Source of the DNA: Chrysomallon squamiferum
Taxonomy: Eukaryota; Animalia; Mollusca
Reading direction: 5' to 3'
Assembly (NCBI GenBank): GCA_012295275.1
Contig: CM022677.1
Span: 5,208,001-5,272,000, forward strand
Length of the DNA: 64,000 nt
Part shown: positions 52,125 through 64,000 of the stretch, one piece after another
Layout: each line of letters starts with the position of its first letter
How positions within the stretch are numbered: the stretch's first letter is position 1
Program-made: the position numbers and the translations under genes
The notes under the pieces: generated by a model
Database searches by the model: none
Seen by the model: the letters and a program-made list of their open reading frames with translations, nothing else
Told to the model about the DNA's origin: nothing

Positions 52125-53508
52125 AGTGACATCTAATTTGTATGTGTTTTGAAGAAGAAACAGAACCACTGCAGACAACACTTCAAAATCTTCATAACTT
52201 AAGAAGTGCGTCACTTATAAATGACAGCTGTAATGCACATTTTAATCTGTTTTTTGTTCTTGTTTTTTTGTTTTTCTTGAGGAGTGTTTTTGTTTTCTTT
52301 TTTGTCTGTATGTTACTTTATTCTGACATAAACAAATTATTAATATAAGAAATCCGCGAACATCTTCCAAGTTACGAAGATTTAAAAGGGGCCGCTGCAG
52401 CTGTGTTTCGACTTCAAGACACGTACAAATTAAATGTGACAAGATTAGCAGACGGTTTTATATATGAACGACATATACAGAGATTATCAGCAGAAGACTG
52501 TTATCAATTAGGTCGCCTTGCTTACAAAATGAAAAAATACAACTATGTGCATATCTGGATGGACATAAGTCTAGAGAAACACAGAACGGAAACAATTCAG
52601 AGCGTATTTCATGACTATGAAATTCACGGTAGAGAATTAGCGGGACAGATAGAGGAAGTTTTAAATCTGACAAATGAACAGTTAATTTTAGCTCCTGGAC
52701 TTGAACGTGCTCCAAACAGAAGGAAAAAGTATTCAAGTATATCAAAATGTAGGAAAGAAAAGATAAAAGAAAATGCCAGAGTTAAAGAAAAAAAAACTTT
52801 CGATGCTCTCTGTCGTGGTGAAGACTTTATTAAAGTACGACAGCGACATCGTCTGAAATGTCGCTACCATTACAATAACAAAACTCCGCTTCTAATTCTT
52901 AAGCCTGCTAAAGAAGAGATTCTGCATTTCTCACCGAAAATTGTTCTCTATCATGATTTTATCAGTGATGCTGCAATTGAAGAAATTAAAACAGTTTCTA
53001 TGCCACTTTTAAAAACATCTGAAATCAATCAGTATGGAAACATTTTCAAACTGAGATAAGAATTAGCAAAAATACATTTCTAGGAAGAGCTTTCACAGAA
53101 GCAGACACGAGAAGTCAGAGAAGAATTGAAGCAATCACAGGACTTTCAATGAAAGCTTCAGAGCCACTTCAGGTGGCAAACTATGGAATAGGCGGACAGT
53201 TCGCGGCTCATACTGACTATTTCAACATAGCATATTCTTCCGGTGAAAACAGAATTGCCACGTGGTTAAACTATTTGAGTGATGTAGAAGGAGGTGCAAC
53301 AGTGTTTCCTTTTCTTGGTGTAAGAATACAACCTAAAGCAGGTGCAGCTATATTTTGGTATAATTTGTATCGGAATGGTTCACATAACAAAATGACAATT
53401 CATGGAGCTTGTCCCGTTCTTATTGGCTCTTAATGGGTATCAACTTTCTGTATTCTAAAAAAAGGGCAAGTTTTCAAGCGACCATGTTCCACAAATCCAG
53501 AAGAATAA
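52125..53508 (+). pseudogene. P4HA: Prolyl 4-hydroxylase alpha subunit, near full-length, no introns from ~52350 onward, disabled
   Basis: EDLKGAAAAVFRLQDTY, LSAEDCYQLG, LCRGE, RLKCRY, KPAKEEILHFSPKIVLYHDFISD, frameshift near 53045, RISK, RIEAITGL, LQVANYGIGGQFAAHTDYF (HxD), NRIATWLNYLSDVEGGATVFP, HGACPVLIGS*WV (stop at 53431-53433), RPCSTNPEE* (53508). Confidence 0.95.
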
Positions 53509-54328
53509 ATGAAATACGATGCAGCTTTTAATGTGCGCAGATGCTAGAAAGAGGTTTCTTTGTTGTTTGTGAAAAAAAGAAAAAGAAATAAAAATATATT
53601 TAAACTATTTCTTATTGCATGTTATTGATTTTTTTTATTTTTATTGTGCTTTGTTGTATCTTTTTTTCATCTCTTCTTTCTTTCTTGCTCAGTTCCGCAG
53701 TCTTCTTGTCGCGTGAGTTTCTTGCAAATGCTACACTGTCTTAGGTAAAAGATACAACGACAATAGCTAAATATAATAACTAAATTCTTTGTTCTTGAGA
53801 TGAAAATTAAAGATTGTTTTAACTGTAAATATTTAACTTTAAATATTTTTTAGGGTGTTTAATTAATTAATTAATTTATCCAAAAAAAAAAATAATAATC
53901 AAAGATGTTGTAGGTGAATATTTATAATATTATTATTATTTTTAAATTGTTCTTTTTCATAGGTCTGTTTGTTTAAACTCAAGTAATTGAAGTTTTTAGT
54001 TTTAGTGAAACATCTCACCATTATTTCAACAAAGAGGGAAACGTCAAACCAGAATACACGTGTTTGATCAAAGTAATAAATTTACCAGTGGCTACTTATT
54101 TCAGCCAAACGTCGACAAGTGTGTTTTGATATGTACACCAAATTCTTATTATCAATAGTCAGTAATGGTTTTCACTGCTTGTAATAACTTAAATCATATC
54201 TATCTATCTAAATATATATATATATATATATATTAGCAGTCCATTGTAGATGTAAATTGTCATCAAGTATCTGTTGTGTTAAAAATGAGGTCAACAAACA
54301 AGTATACTTATATTAGAAACTGGCAATC

Positions 54329-54385
<57 letters not shown>

Positions 54386-54458
54386 AGACGGCTTATTACT
54401 TATTATTTCACTGAGGTATGAATCCGGATGAATCCGGGTGTAAATTTGAGAACAACAG

Positions 54459-54733
54459 AAAAGTTTATATAGTAATTACATTGTTAACAACGGCACGCAG
54501 TTTTCTAAGTATTATCATTTGTTAAAGAAAAGTTTATATAGTAATTACATTGTTAACAACGACTCGCAGTTTTCTAAGTATCATCATTTGTTAAAAAAAA
54601 GTTTATATAGTAATTACATTGTTAACAACGGCACGCAGTTTTCTAAATATTCTCATTTGTTAAAGAAAAGTTTATATAGTAATTACATTGTTAACAACGG
54701 CACGCAGTTTTCTAAGTATTATCATTTGTTAAA
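54459..54733. repeat. 69-bp tandem repeat (4 copies)
   Basis: Unit aaaagtttatatagtaattacattgttaacaacggcacgcagttttctaagtattatcatttgttaaag; 23-aa period. Confidence 0.93.
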
Positions 54734-56604
54734 TGACGGCAGTTTGAACACAATCAGACTGCCGCGTGAGATGAAATGATCGCTCTTCTTTGAAGGGTTA
54801 ACATTGACACTAAACGTCTTGTAATTGCTACGTGCAGCTAGATGAACAATATTATTGTTAGTTTTTCACGTTTTTCTATTGTGTAAACAGAAAGATTTAG
54901 CTACGTAGTGACTATTATATGCAACTGTAGGAAAGCAGATAGAAAACGAAATAAAAAGTCTGAATGGACTGAAGATAAAAACAAACTTTCGAACCACTGA
55001 TTATCTTAAAATGAGAACAAAATTAAGTCTTTTGCTGCTGTTATCGAAATCAGCTTTTGCAATTAATGTTAAACTTGGAGGCCACGACAGAGAAATTTGA
55101 AAAGAAATATGAAAACAACAACTACAAAAAAATAAACAGTCATCAGTGACAGTCTATTTTTTTCGCTGACAGTTAACCTTTAACGTTTGTTAATATTCCA
55201 GTTTTGTATTATTTTAATCTTTATGAATCTGTGTTTGTTTTTTATTATTTATATTTTAGTTATTTATCACATATTAATAGACACGGCATATTGTTTTTAT
55301 TATGTAAATTGATATATGCTATTCCTGGAACGTACCTACACATTTACATTTATTACTCATTATACAGCTATATACGACGTTTCGTTATCAGCGATTTTCT
55401 GTGGTGCGCAATGACTTACACCGAGAACCCCACAAACAGAAGAAAGAAAGAAACTGTAGCTGAAGGGAGATTACTCTCATATAATAATAATTTTGTTTTT
55501 TTGGGGCGGGGATTCCTGCTGTTATTTGCGGTATTTGTTATTTATGAATTTTGCAGATAAATGTAGATTCTAAGAATCACGAAGAGTTGATTTCTTTATA
55601 TATATATATATAGGTAATAGTAGAATATTTCTTTCTTGAAATGACTGTTGGTTTTGTTGTTTTTTCTAATTTAGCTTGTCAAATGTTTTGTCGTCTGCTT
55701 TTTGGATAGTTTTCAAGGGCAGATAATCAAAAATGAATTATTAAACAATACGATGCAGAATCTTGTCACAAGTCTCGAGTTTATTTGTTTTGAGTAATTT
55801 ATCTGACTTTTTATTGATCAATCAACAGAGTAATCAGTCATATTTTGCTTTTCATTTAAATTATTATTTAATTATATTTATCAGGTATATGACAGTATTT
55901 TCAAAAACGTAATTTTCCTTCATAATCTGTGGAAAATCTGTTTTCATTTCAGTCATTTAGCAAACAGAACACTGAATATCTCATACAGTTTCAAACCAGC
56001 ATACACGTGTTTTATATCAAAATGACGATTTCTAAAGCTCAACAGTATTTTTAAGCATGATGCAGAAATTAACAAATTTTAATTAACTGCACTAAATCGC
56101 TTAGCTGTACCTTACAGTTTGATTATTAATTTCCCAATTTAAGTAACTGGCAAATTCATTTATTTGTATAAAATTTGGCAGAATATAAAGGAAACTATAA
56201 ATTTGTCTGTCAATTCTCCATTGTTTATCAAAGAATATTTTTCTTTTTTCTGTTTTTAGGAGATTTCACTGTGTTGAAAACATAAGTCAACATGACAGAT
56301 TTGAGTTGTATCCTGTTTTAGTTCACGTTGTATCTTATACAAACAATGTGGAAATATTCAAATTTTAGGAAAATAATTTTTTTCTTCTTCACTAAAGGAG
56401 ATGATTGCTGCTTGTTTTCTCAGTCATGATGCTGTTCAGAGAATCCATTGTTACTTTAAATTCAAACTATAAAACTATGTAATATTTATATATATATTTA
56501 ATAATGAATAACAGCTGAAGGCTTTTAGTTTCAAGATTTATATCTGATTATCTACAAAAGTTCCGACATCGTTTATTTTTTTCTGTATAAATAATTATTG
56601 TTTC

Positions 56605-57090
56605 CAGACAAGATGGCTGCCATCATGTGGCAATTCTGTGTAAGATTCTTCGAACATCAAATAAAACTGTAAATCCCTAAACACCGGCAGTCATCCCGCA
56701 ACAACAAAACAAATAAAATAAATAAAGGAACACAATAACCTTTATTAAAATATACTGTACTAATTATAAACCGATGTGGTTCTTTTTTTTCGTTTTTTTA
56801 ATTTTCTTTTTTTAATCTTATTATTAGCCAAACAGAAATTCGTAAAGACCGTAAATCATCGGCATTTTTCCACAACTACTATACTAAAACAAATAAAATA
56901 ATACAAATAAAAAAGAGTTCAACACAAATAAAATAAATAAAGGAACATAATAACCTTATTAAAATATACCTTACTTTCTTTCTTCTTCTTAATTTATTTA
57001 TGTTAATGCACGAAATAAAATCACAAAACTTAGAACTCACATTACAATAAGTTGCTTATTATTGTCCCGGAATTTACCAAGGTTTGATAT
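56605..57090 (-). repeat. Rearranged partial copy of the dispersed segment family (homologous to ~160-720)
   Basis: atggctgccatca, ttcttcgaacat, ttattattagcca, taatgcac..aaataaaatcacaaaactta..actcac, aagttgcttattattgt. Confidence 0.7.
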
Positions 57091-58999
57091 AGGTCTGAAG
57101 AATTGGTCTGAAAAAAAATAAAATAATAATAATAAAATAAAATAAATAATACTTTTCCTTTGTTTTACATACATCGCATTTTAAACTGTGTAGTCTGTGT
57201 AAGATATCTCATATTACCGTCATTACTAAAACTAATGTTTACTGTTATCTAAACTGAGTATGCGTTAAAACAACAAATGATCCCATCGAACAATTCATAA
57301 TGGCACTACATTTAAACTTTATTTCTCTTAAAACAAAAATGTGTGTGTTTGTGTGTGTGCGATCAATGTTTGAACCTATTCTATCATCTGTTATCAGTAA
57401 CAAAGTAGAAACTAATCAAATGAAGGTTGTATTCACCTTTTCGGGTATCTTTTCCTGGCGTGCTGAAATGTTAAATAAAAACATATGAAAGTAAATACGT
57501 TTTAATATATTTGTAAAATTTCAATAATAAGTAAAAGTATTTCAAAATAATTAATTTTATAATTGAGACAGAGACACACACATTTATTTAATTTTTTTTA
57601 TTATTCCTATATTTAGAATTAGAAAACGTGTTAGCGTAGAATTTTAATTTTATTTTAAAAAAATATTCATTTTCTAATTTCATTCGAATTTTATTCCTGA
57701 ATATTTACTGCACTTCCAACTAGAAAGATTAAGATGAATATCACTTCATATATAATAAATTATTTGCTAATATTTCAAGTGTAACCTCAGCTTTTAAATA
57801 CACACCTGTCTAGAAAAAGAAAATCAATATTTAATTATCAATACAATCTCAGGTGCAGCTAAAAACTAATCCTGATTTTGTTAGTAACAGATAATTGTAA
57901 TCTGGAAGCCCTTTACATTTCTATATCCTTCTTGAATGAGATGATATATGAAAGTAAGTATGTTTTTAATATATTTGTCAAATTTCAATAATAAATAAAA
58001 GTCTTTCAAAATAATTCATTTTATAACTGAGACACACACAAACTTATGTATGTATACGACAAATTATACTGAAAATTACAGGTATGATTTCACTGAACAT
58101 TCAGAAATATAGATTGAACTTCCGTGTTTTTCTGAGGCCTAGAATTGTTTTTGATCAGAGGACTGGAAAATTCATAACAAACGTTAAACATTTTATCTCA
58201 ATCTCAGTTTTGTCGTATAAACGGCCGTAATGTTAGCTGAAGGCGTTTTTCAGGTTTCTGAATAAAGGCCAAACATTAATTCTAAAACGAAGGGTTTATT
58301 TTAATATTATGACCGAAAAATATAGGAGGAAAATGTATATACACAATCTGTGTGTTTATGTGTGTGTGTGTGTGTGTGTGCGTGCGTGTCCATGTGTATC
58401 TGTATAAAAATGAAAAAATTATCCTATTTAAATTTATTTTCTGAATATGAATGTGTAAGTAAAGTGCCTTTTGTAAACGGAGAATGTGAAAAAAGGACTC
58501 AATGTTTGTATTGAATTGTACGCTAATAAAAACACGTTCCTTATATCAATTCAGGTCTTTTGTTTTATGATTTACAGTCAGCGATCAAGTGGGTTAAGAG
58601 AATTTACATTATCCTCACTTGAAGAAATCACAGTTGTTTTCACACGAGTGTTTACAATAATCATGTTCTATGAAAAATGATATATTTTCAGAGATAGGTT
58701 TGATGCTGAAGTGTGCACTTGTTTAACCAACACAGCATGTTTCTCTACCAAGTTCAAGATAAATAAAGTGTAATGAAAATTATAAACACCATTCACAAAT
58801 TTCTTCATTGGAAAATTTAGATTACTGTTACAAAAATGTGTTCAAAATTTTTGGTAGAAATGTTTATTGCATTCGTAACAGTTCATTCAAATTTATCTTA
58901 AAAATGCTTTAATAATGAAAAACAAGGCAACAACAGAAAATGAAAAAAATTATATTTATTTTAATAAATATCAACATTAGTAATTATAACTTAAACAAC

Positions 59000-59389
59000 A
59001 AGTGTAAGTTAAATAGGTATTTATCTGTACAGAAGACAGCAGGTACAGATCTAGGGTGTGGTGTGTTAACATATTTGTGTGATGAGAAAATTCTCCAAAT
59101 GTTCTCTTACTCCTCTACCATATAAAACTTTCCATTAATTTTTTTCTCTCACACACTGCCTGAAATAAAAAATAAACAGTTACCAAGTACAATTTCTCAG
59201 ATTGTCATAGAATTTTATGGTATTTTAAAAGAATGAGAAAGAGAGACAAAGCAAGAAAGATATAATGAGAGACAGAAAAAATATGAAAGATGATCAAAGA
59301 GAAAGATATAAAAAAACAAGTGAAACAGAAAAAATACAAAAAACCCAACGACATTCAACAAAATAAAATAAAATTTGAGTGAACTTTTG

Positions 59390-59433
<44 letters not shown>

Positions 59434-61147
59434 TGTATACACACATTTTTAACAGTGCTTTTATGGTTAATCTTTAAACTAACAGGCTCAGAAATCACAT
59501 CCTGGCCTTAAATAAATGATAACTGTGATTACCAAAAACACTTCTTATTAAAAACACTTCAATGAAAACAACAAAGATAAAGATCACTGAAAACAAAAAT
59601 CTAATAAAAATATGATTTCCTTTATAAACTTTGGTCTGAGTATTTTATCAGCACATAAATATCAGTATCAGTTTGTGTGAATTAACAGAATATTTTATCA
59701 TGTTATTCTGTGTATCAGAAAATGTTGAATAGAATATTATAAAAAATCATACAAATGGTAGACATTATTATTTTCTACATCAGAACACTGGATAGAGGCA
59801 ACAATCATCAGTTAAGTTGTATGGTTGAAATTATCATTCTTTGTATCAGAAAATGTTCTATAGAGCATTTTTAAAATCATTTTCTATGAAGTAGAATTGA
59901 CATTCATTCATTCATTCATTCGTATAGTTTGTAAAAACAAAGGTTATCCACAATTTCAGTTATTTAAAGACAAGCTTTCATCCCTGACCATTTCACAAAC
60001 AGAACTGACATAATTTTATGAGCACATGATACCAATACACATCATTACAAACGAAAGAATACATTTTTAAATTTTTAATTTTTTTTTTGTATCGGTTACC
60101 ATTATTTTATTATTTTTTATTTATTTAGTTGTTTATTTATTTTTGTTATATGTGAGCCTTTCAATGTGCATCAAGGCAAAAACAAACCAATTTGTTTAAA
60201 CCTAGGTATCATAATTATGCAAATACAGTTTATGAACAGGGAAAGACAATGAAAGAAAGGAAGACAGTGAAAAAGAGAATCAGAGATAGTGAGAGAGAAA
60301 TAAAAATATTACAACATCATCACTATACATGACTTTTGCCTCCAATTCTTTACTTTTAACATCATCAACTTTTATGTTAGTTCTTGACACTATCATTGGT
60401 TGTCCAAATATCTTAGCCTAGATAACAATAAACATATTTTTTTAATTATTCATAATAATCATTGTTAGTGTTAAGCAACAGTAGTATTTGTAATAGTAGT
60501 AGTTGTAGTAGTAGTAGTAATAATAACAGTAATACATTACAATAAGATTAATAATGATAATATTAACAGTAATAGTAATATTAATAGTAATTGTAAAAAG
60601 ACAAATAAAATAATAATAATAATGATAAATATGTTTTTATATTAACAATAAAAAAGTACAGTAGTATAATAATACAAAATAAGATTACTAACAAATCAAA
60701 AAGAAGAAGAAAAGATTATATAAAAATAATAGCTTGCCACTTTAATTTATTAAGAATCAAAAATTATAAAAGAAACAACAACCAAGAACAAACAATAGAA
60801 TTAATCTCATTAAGATAGACATTTAATAAAAAAAAAAAAAAACTACTTCCTCTACAGTGCAGTCTGCCTCCATGTCAAAGAGAGGTTCTGGTTTCTGAAT
60901 ACTTGCATTGCCAGACAGATTGAATGCATACACAGTCCTTGCACAGCTAGCTGGAATGAAAGTGTGATTTTAACAACTGTTTATATGTAAGAAGAAATAT
61001 ATTGTTCTTTACATTAAAAAGAAAGGAAAGTTTTAGAAATTAATGTAAAAGTTGATATTAAAACTGGATGCAAAAGTTGAGATTTACATGTTAAATAATG
61101 AGAAATGTTATTTCATGTCAATCATTTTATATTTATTAAGCTCTCTT

Positions 61148-61214
<67 letters not shown>

Positions 61215-61441
61215 ACACAAACACTACATTAATAACTATTTTCTTGTTCTTTTATTTGTAAATACATACATAGATTTTATTCAAAGAAATAGGTTTGTAA
61301 GTATGTGTGTGTATTTGATATAATAAAATCAGTGTATGTATTTGTAAAGAAAATAAAGTTAATATAAATAATGTAGTTATAATAATAACTTTTTAAAACT
61401 GTTTATCCAAAAATTACACGTGCACATATATATGTATATAT

Positions 61442-61477
<36 letters not shown>

Positions 61478-62018
61478 TAATTGAAAAAAATAATTTCATA
61501 CACAGAATACAACACACACAGATAGACAGCTAGCTGTGAACTGTTATTACTGCACTACCACATGCTATATAATCACTCACCATGAGCTTTCAACATGGCT
61601 GCAGTGTCAGAAGTTGATTGTTTCCTTTATCTGTGAGAATGGCTGGCCAGTGCATCATATTACCCAGCATTCCTAGAGGGAGATAAATAAATTAATAACT
61701 AAATGAGATGACAAATTTCAATAAATAAGAACCATATAAATGTTAAAATAAAAAATAACTATAACTGTTTACCAGGATATCCTCCAAGTGCTGTCAATTT
61801 AATCAGGAAGAAAATCAGTTGCCACCAGTATTCAAGCTCATTAACTCAGAGTTGTGTCCCTTGGTGGTATAAACAAAGACTAAGGGCAGATTCAATCTTA
61901 AATTTAAGTAAAACAGACCTGAGTATTTTGTACACAGCATTTAAACATATAAACTGATAACCAAATATTTCTTAACACACACACTACTGTCCGAGTAGTA
62001 ACAATTATCACTGTTGCT

Positions 62019-62053
<35 letters not shown>

Positions 62054-62824
62054 AACCTCAGGAATATAAATATATGTAAAGCTAAAATTACAAAATTAAT
62101 TATAAAAAGCAGAAAGAGTAAGAGCGATGTAGATCTATCTATCTATCTAGATAGATAGATAGACAGATATAATTATTTAAAAACATTTACAAAATTAAAA
62201 TCAGTAACAGTTACTTTTAATGAAGCAAATGGCTACTACTGACCACAAATGGCTTTCACAGCATCTGTACCAGCTGTTCTGAACCCATCTAAGTTAATGG
62301 TTGCTTCTTGAGTCAGTGACATCAACAAAGGTAATCGTCCAAACATACTAGAGTTTAGTTCTGCTTTTATTAAATTGATATACTTCAAGTTTGTAAATTT
62401 CTCTGTGGACAGTTTCTTTGTGAGTCCATCAGCTTCATCAATGCCGTACACCAGACTTGCAACAGAACTTTGGTTTGATTCATCTCGATAAAAATGAAAA
62501 AAAAAAAATCATTCGTCTTTCATATACATACCACAACACATACTGAAACACACATAGAAAAAGCTAGCAAGTACATTTACAGAGACACGCATACACAGAC
62601 AGACAGAAACTCAGAAACAAAAACACCAACTAACCCTAAATACCAACAACAGATGACAAATACACTGAGATGCCAGACACAGACACAAATAGAATGACAA
62701 AGAATGAAAGAGAAAGAAAATACAGAGAAGAAAGAGAGATTGTTAAGTAGAATGAGGTTGATAGTTATGGATAAAGAAAAAAATAGAAAACAAAAACAAC
62801 ATACAGAGAGAAGGTATGTGCAGG

Positions 62825-62889
<65 letters not shown>

Positions 62890-63018
62890 ATAGAGAACGA
62901 AGACAAAAAGTAAACAAGCAGTTTTTACATATTTAATAAACAATATACCTAATAAACAATTGGAGTTCAGACTTAATTCCTGAAGAAAACTTGTGTCTGG
63001 TTTGGATTCTGGAACATC
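59000..63018 (-). pseudogene. Exon-like pieces of an unidentified minus-strand gene (~62970-63018, ~62240-62484, ~61581-61674, ~60845-60950, ~59030-59159)
   Basis: Coding-like islands with AG acceptors. The longest is open: DESNQSSVASLVYGIDEADGLTKKLSTEKFTNLKYINLIKAELNSSMFGRLPLLMSLTQEATINLDGFRTAGTDAVKAICG. The 61.6-kb piece has stops in all three frames. Confidence 0.4.
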
Positions 63019-63140
63019 TGAAGTAAAATGAAAAACTAATATCAAGAAACTTGAGAGAAAAAAAAAACAAAAGAGAAAAAATATAATAATGAGAAATTTG
63101 TCAAATCTAAATAGTTAGAAATTGAAATACACGAGAGATT

Positions 63141-63231
<91 letters not shown>

Positions 63232-63403
63232 ATGAGATATAAAAATATACAAATCTAAATTAACCATCATCAGCAAGTGTTTGGTTGTTAACTTTTGCAT
63301 CATTCAGATGAAAAGCAGTTGTCTTTGGATGATTGAAAACATCAGGCAAAAACTGAGTACACAATTTAGTGATCCCAGCTGGTAATAAAAATAAATAATA
63401 ACA

Positions 63404-63460
<57 letters not shown>

Positions 63461-63753
63461 TTACAATATGTAGAATCTACATAAGCAGAAAATAATGTTT
63501 TAACAATAGTAATAATATCAACAGCTGTAGTAGTAGTTGTAGAAACACTAGCAATAGAACTAGTAGTAACAGTGGTTCTGTTGTTTGTAGTAGTTGACAG
63601 CACTAGTAGTAGTTTTAGTGTTAGTAACAGTAGTAGTTGTAGTAGTAGTAGTAGTAACAGCAGCAGCAGAATTTGTAGTTGTGCTATTATTGGAATTAGT
63701 AATAATTTTAGTATTAATAGTACTAGTAGTAGTAATAGTGGTAATGGTTGTAA

Positions 63754-64000
63754 TACTAGACACAATTCACTGGCTTGTACAGACTATTTGACAGGATAGT
63801 ACATACCACAGCCTATAACATACTAGACACAATTCACTGGCTTGTACAATCACACTCTTTGATAGGATAGTAGATACCACAGCCTATAACATACTAGACA
63901 CAATTCACTGGCTTGTACAATCACACTCTTTGATAGGATAGTAGATACCACAGCCTATAACATACTAGACACATTTCACTGGCTTGTACAGACTCTTTAA
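63754..64000. repeat. 67-71-bp tandem repeat running off the window end
   Basis: tactagacaca(a/t)ttcactggcttgtaca.. starts at 63754, 63821, 63892 and 63963. Confidence 0.92.

Noticed and set aside
57483-58042. ~100-bp direct duplication (~57483-57580 and ~57947-58042)
   Set aside because: Real, but short and AT-rich; no LTR or TE hallmarks seen.
63304-63799. Poly-Leu/Thr/Ser mucin-like ORFs
   Set aside because: (TAA)n and (TAG)n simple repeats.

Overview
AT-rich, microsatellite-rich animal genomic DNA (GT-AG introns; gene content suggests a lophotrochozoan such as a mollusc, which is an inference), with a 200-N scaffold gap at 41157-41356. I see no clearly intact protein-coding gene. The region holds decayed genes and transposons: (1) a degenerate LINE with a piggyBac remnant nested inside it (2.6-6.6 kb); (2) a frameshifted RING/coiled-coil/NHL-like TRIM gene (12.2-14.2 kb); (3) an intron-containing EGFR/ErbB kinase pseudogene lacking the G-loop and DFG exons (17.4-21.3 kb, minus strand); (4) a ~29-kb inverted duplication (arms ~27.6-41.1 and ~41.4-56.3 kb) centred on the gap. 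Each arm carries a prolyl 4-hydroxylase alpha pseudogene, a 39-bp minisatellite, a degenerate multi-exon segment also found at the window start, and a Sola2-type transposon with ~620-bp TIRs next to the centre. The arms differ by a MITE insertion, a microhomology-flanked 2.1-kb deletion and a sharp step in divergence. The palindrome is the most notable structure, but it may be an assembly artefact. I cannot support a novel functional system from the sequence alone.
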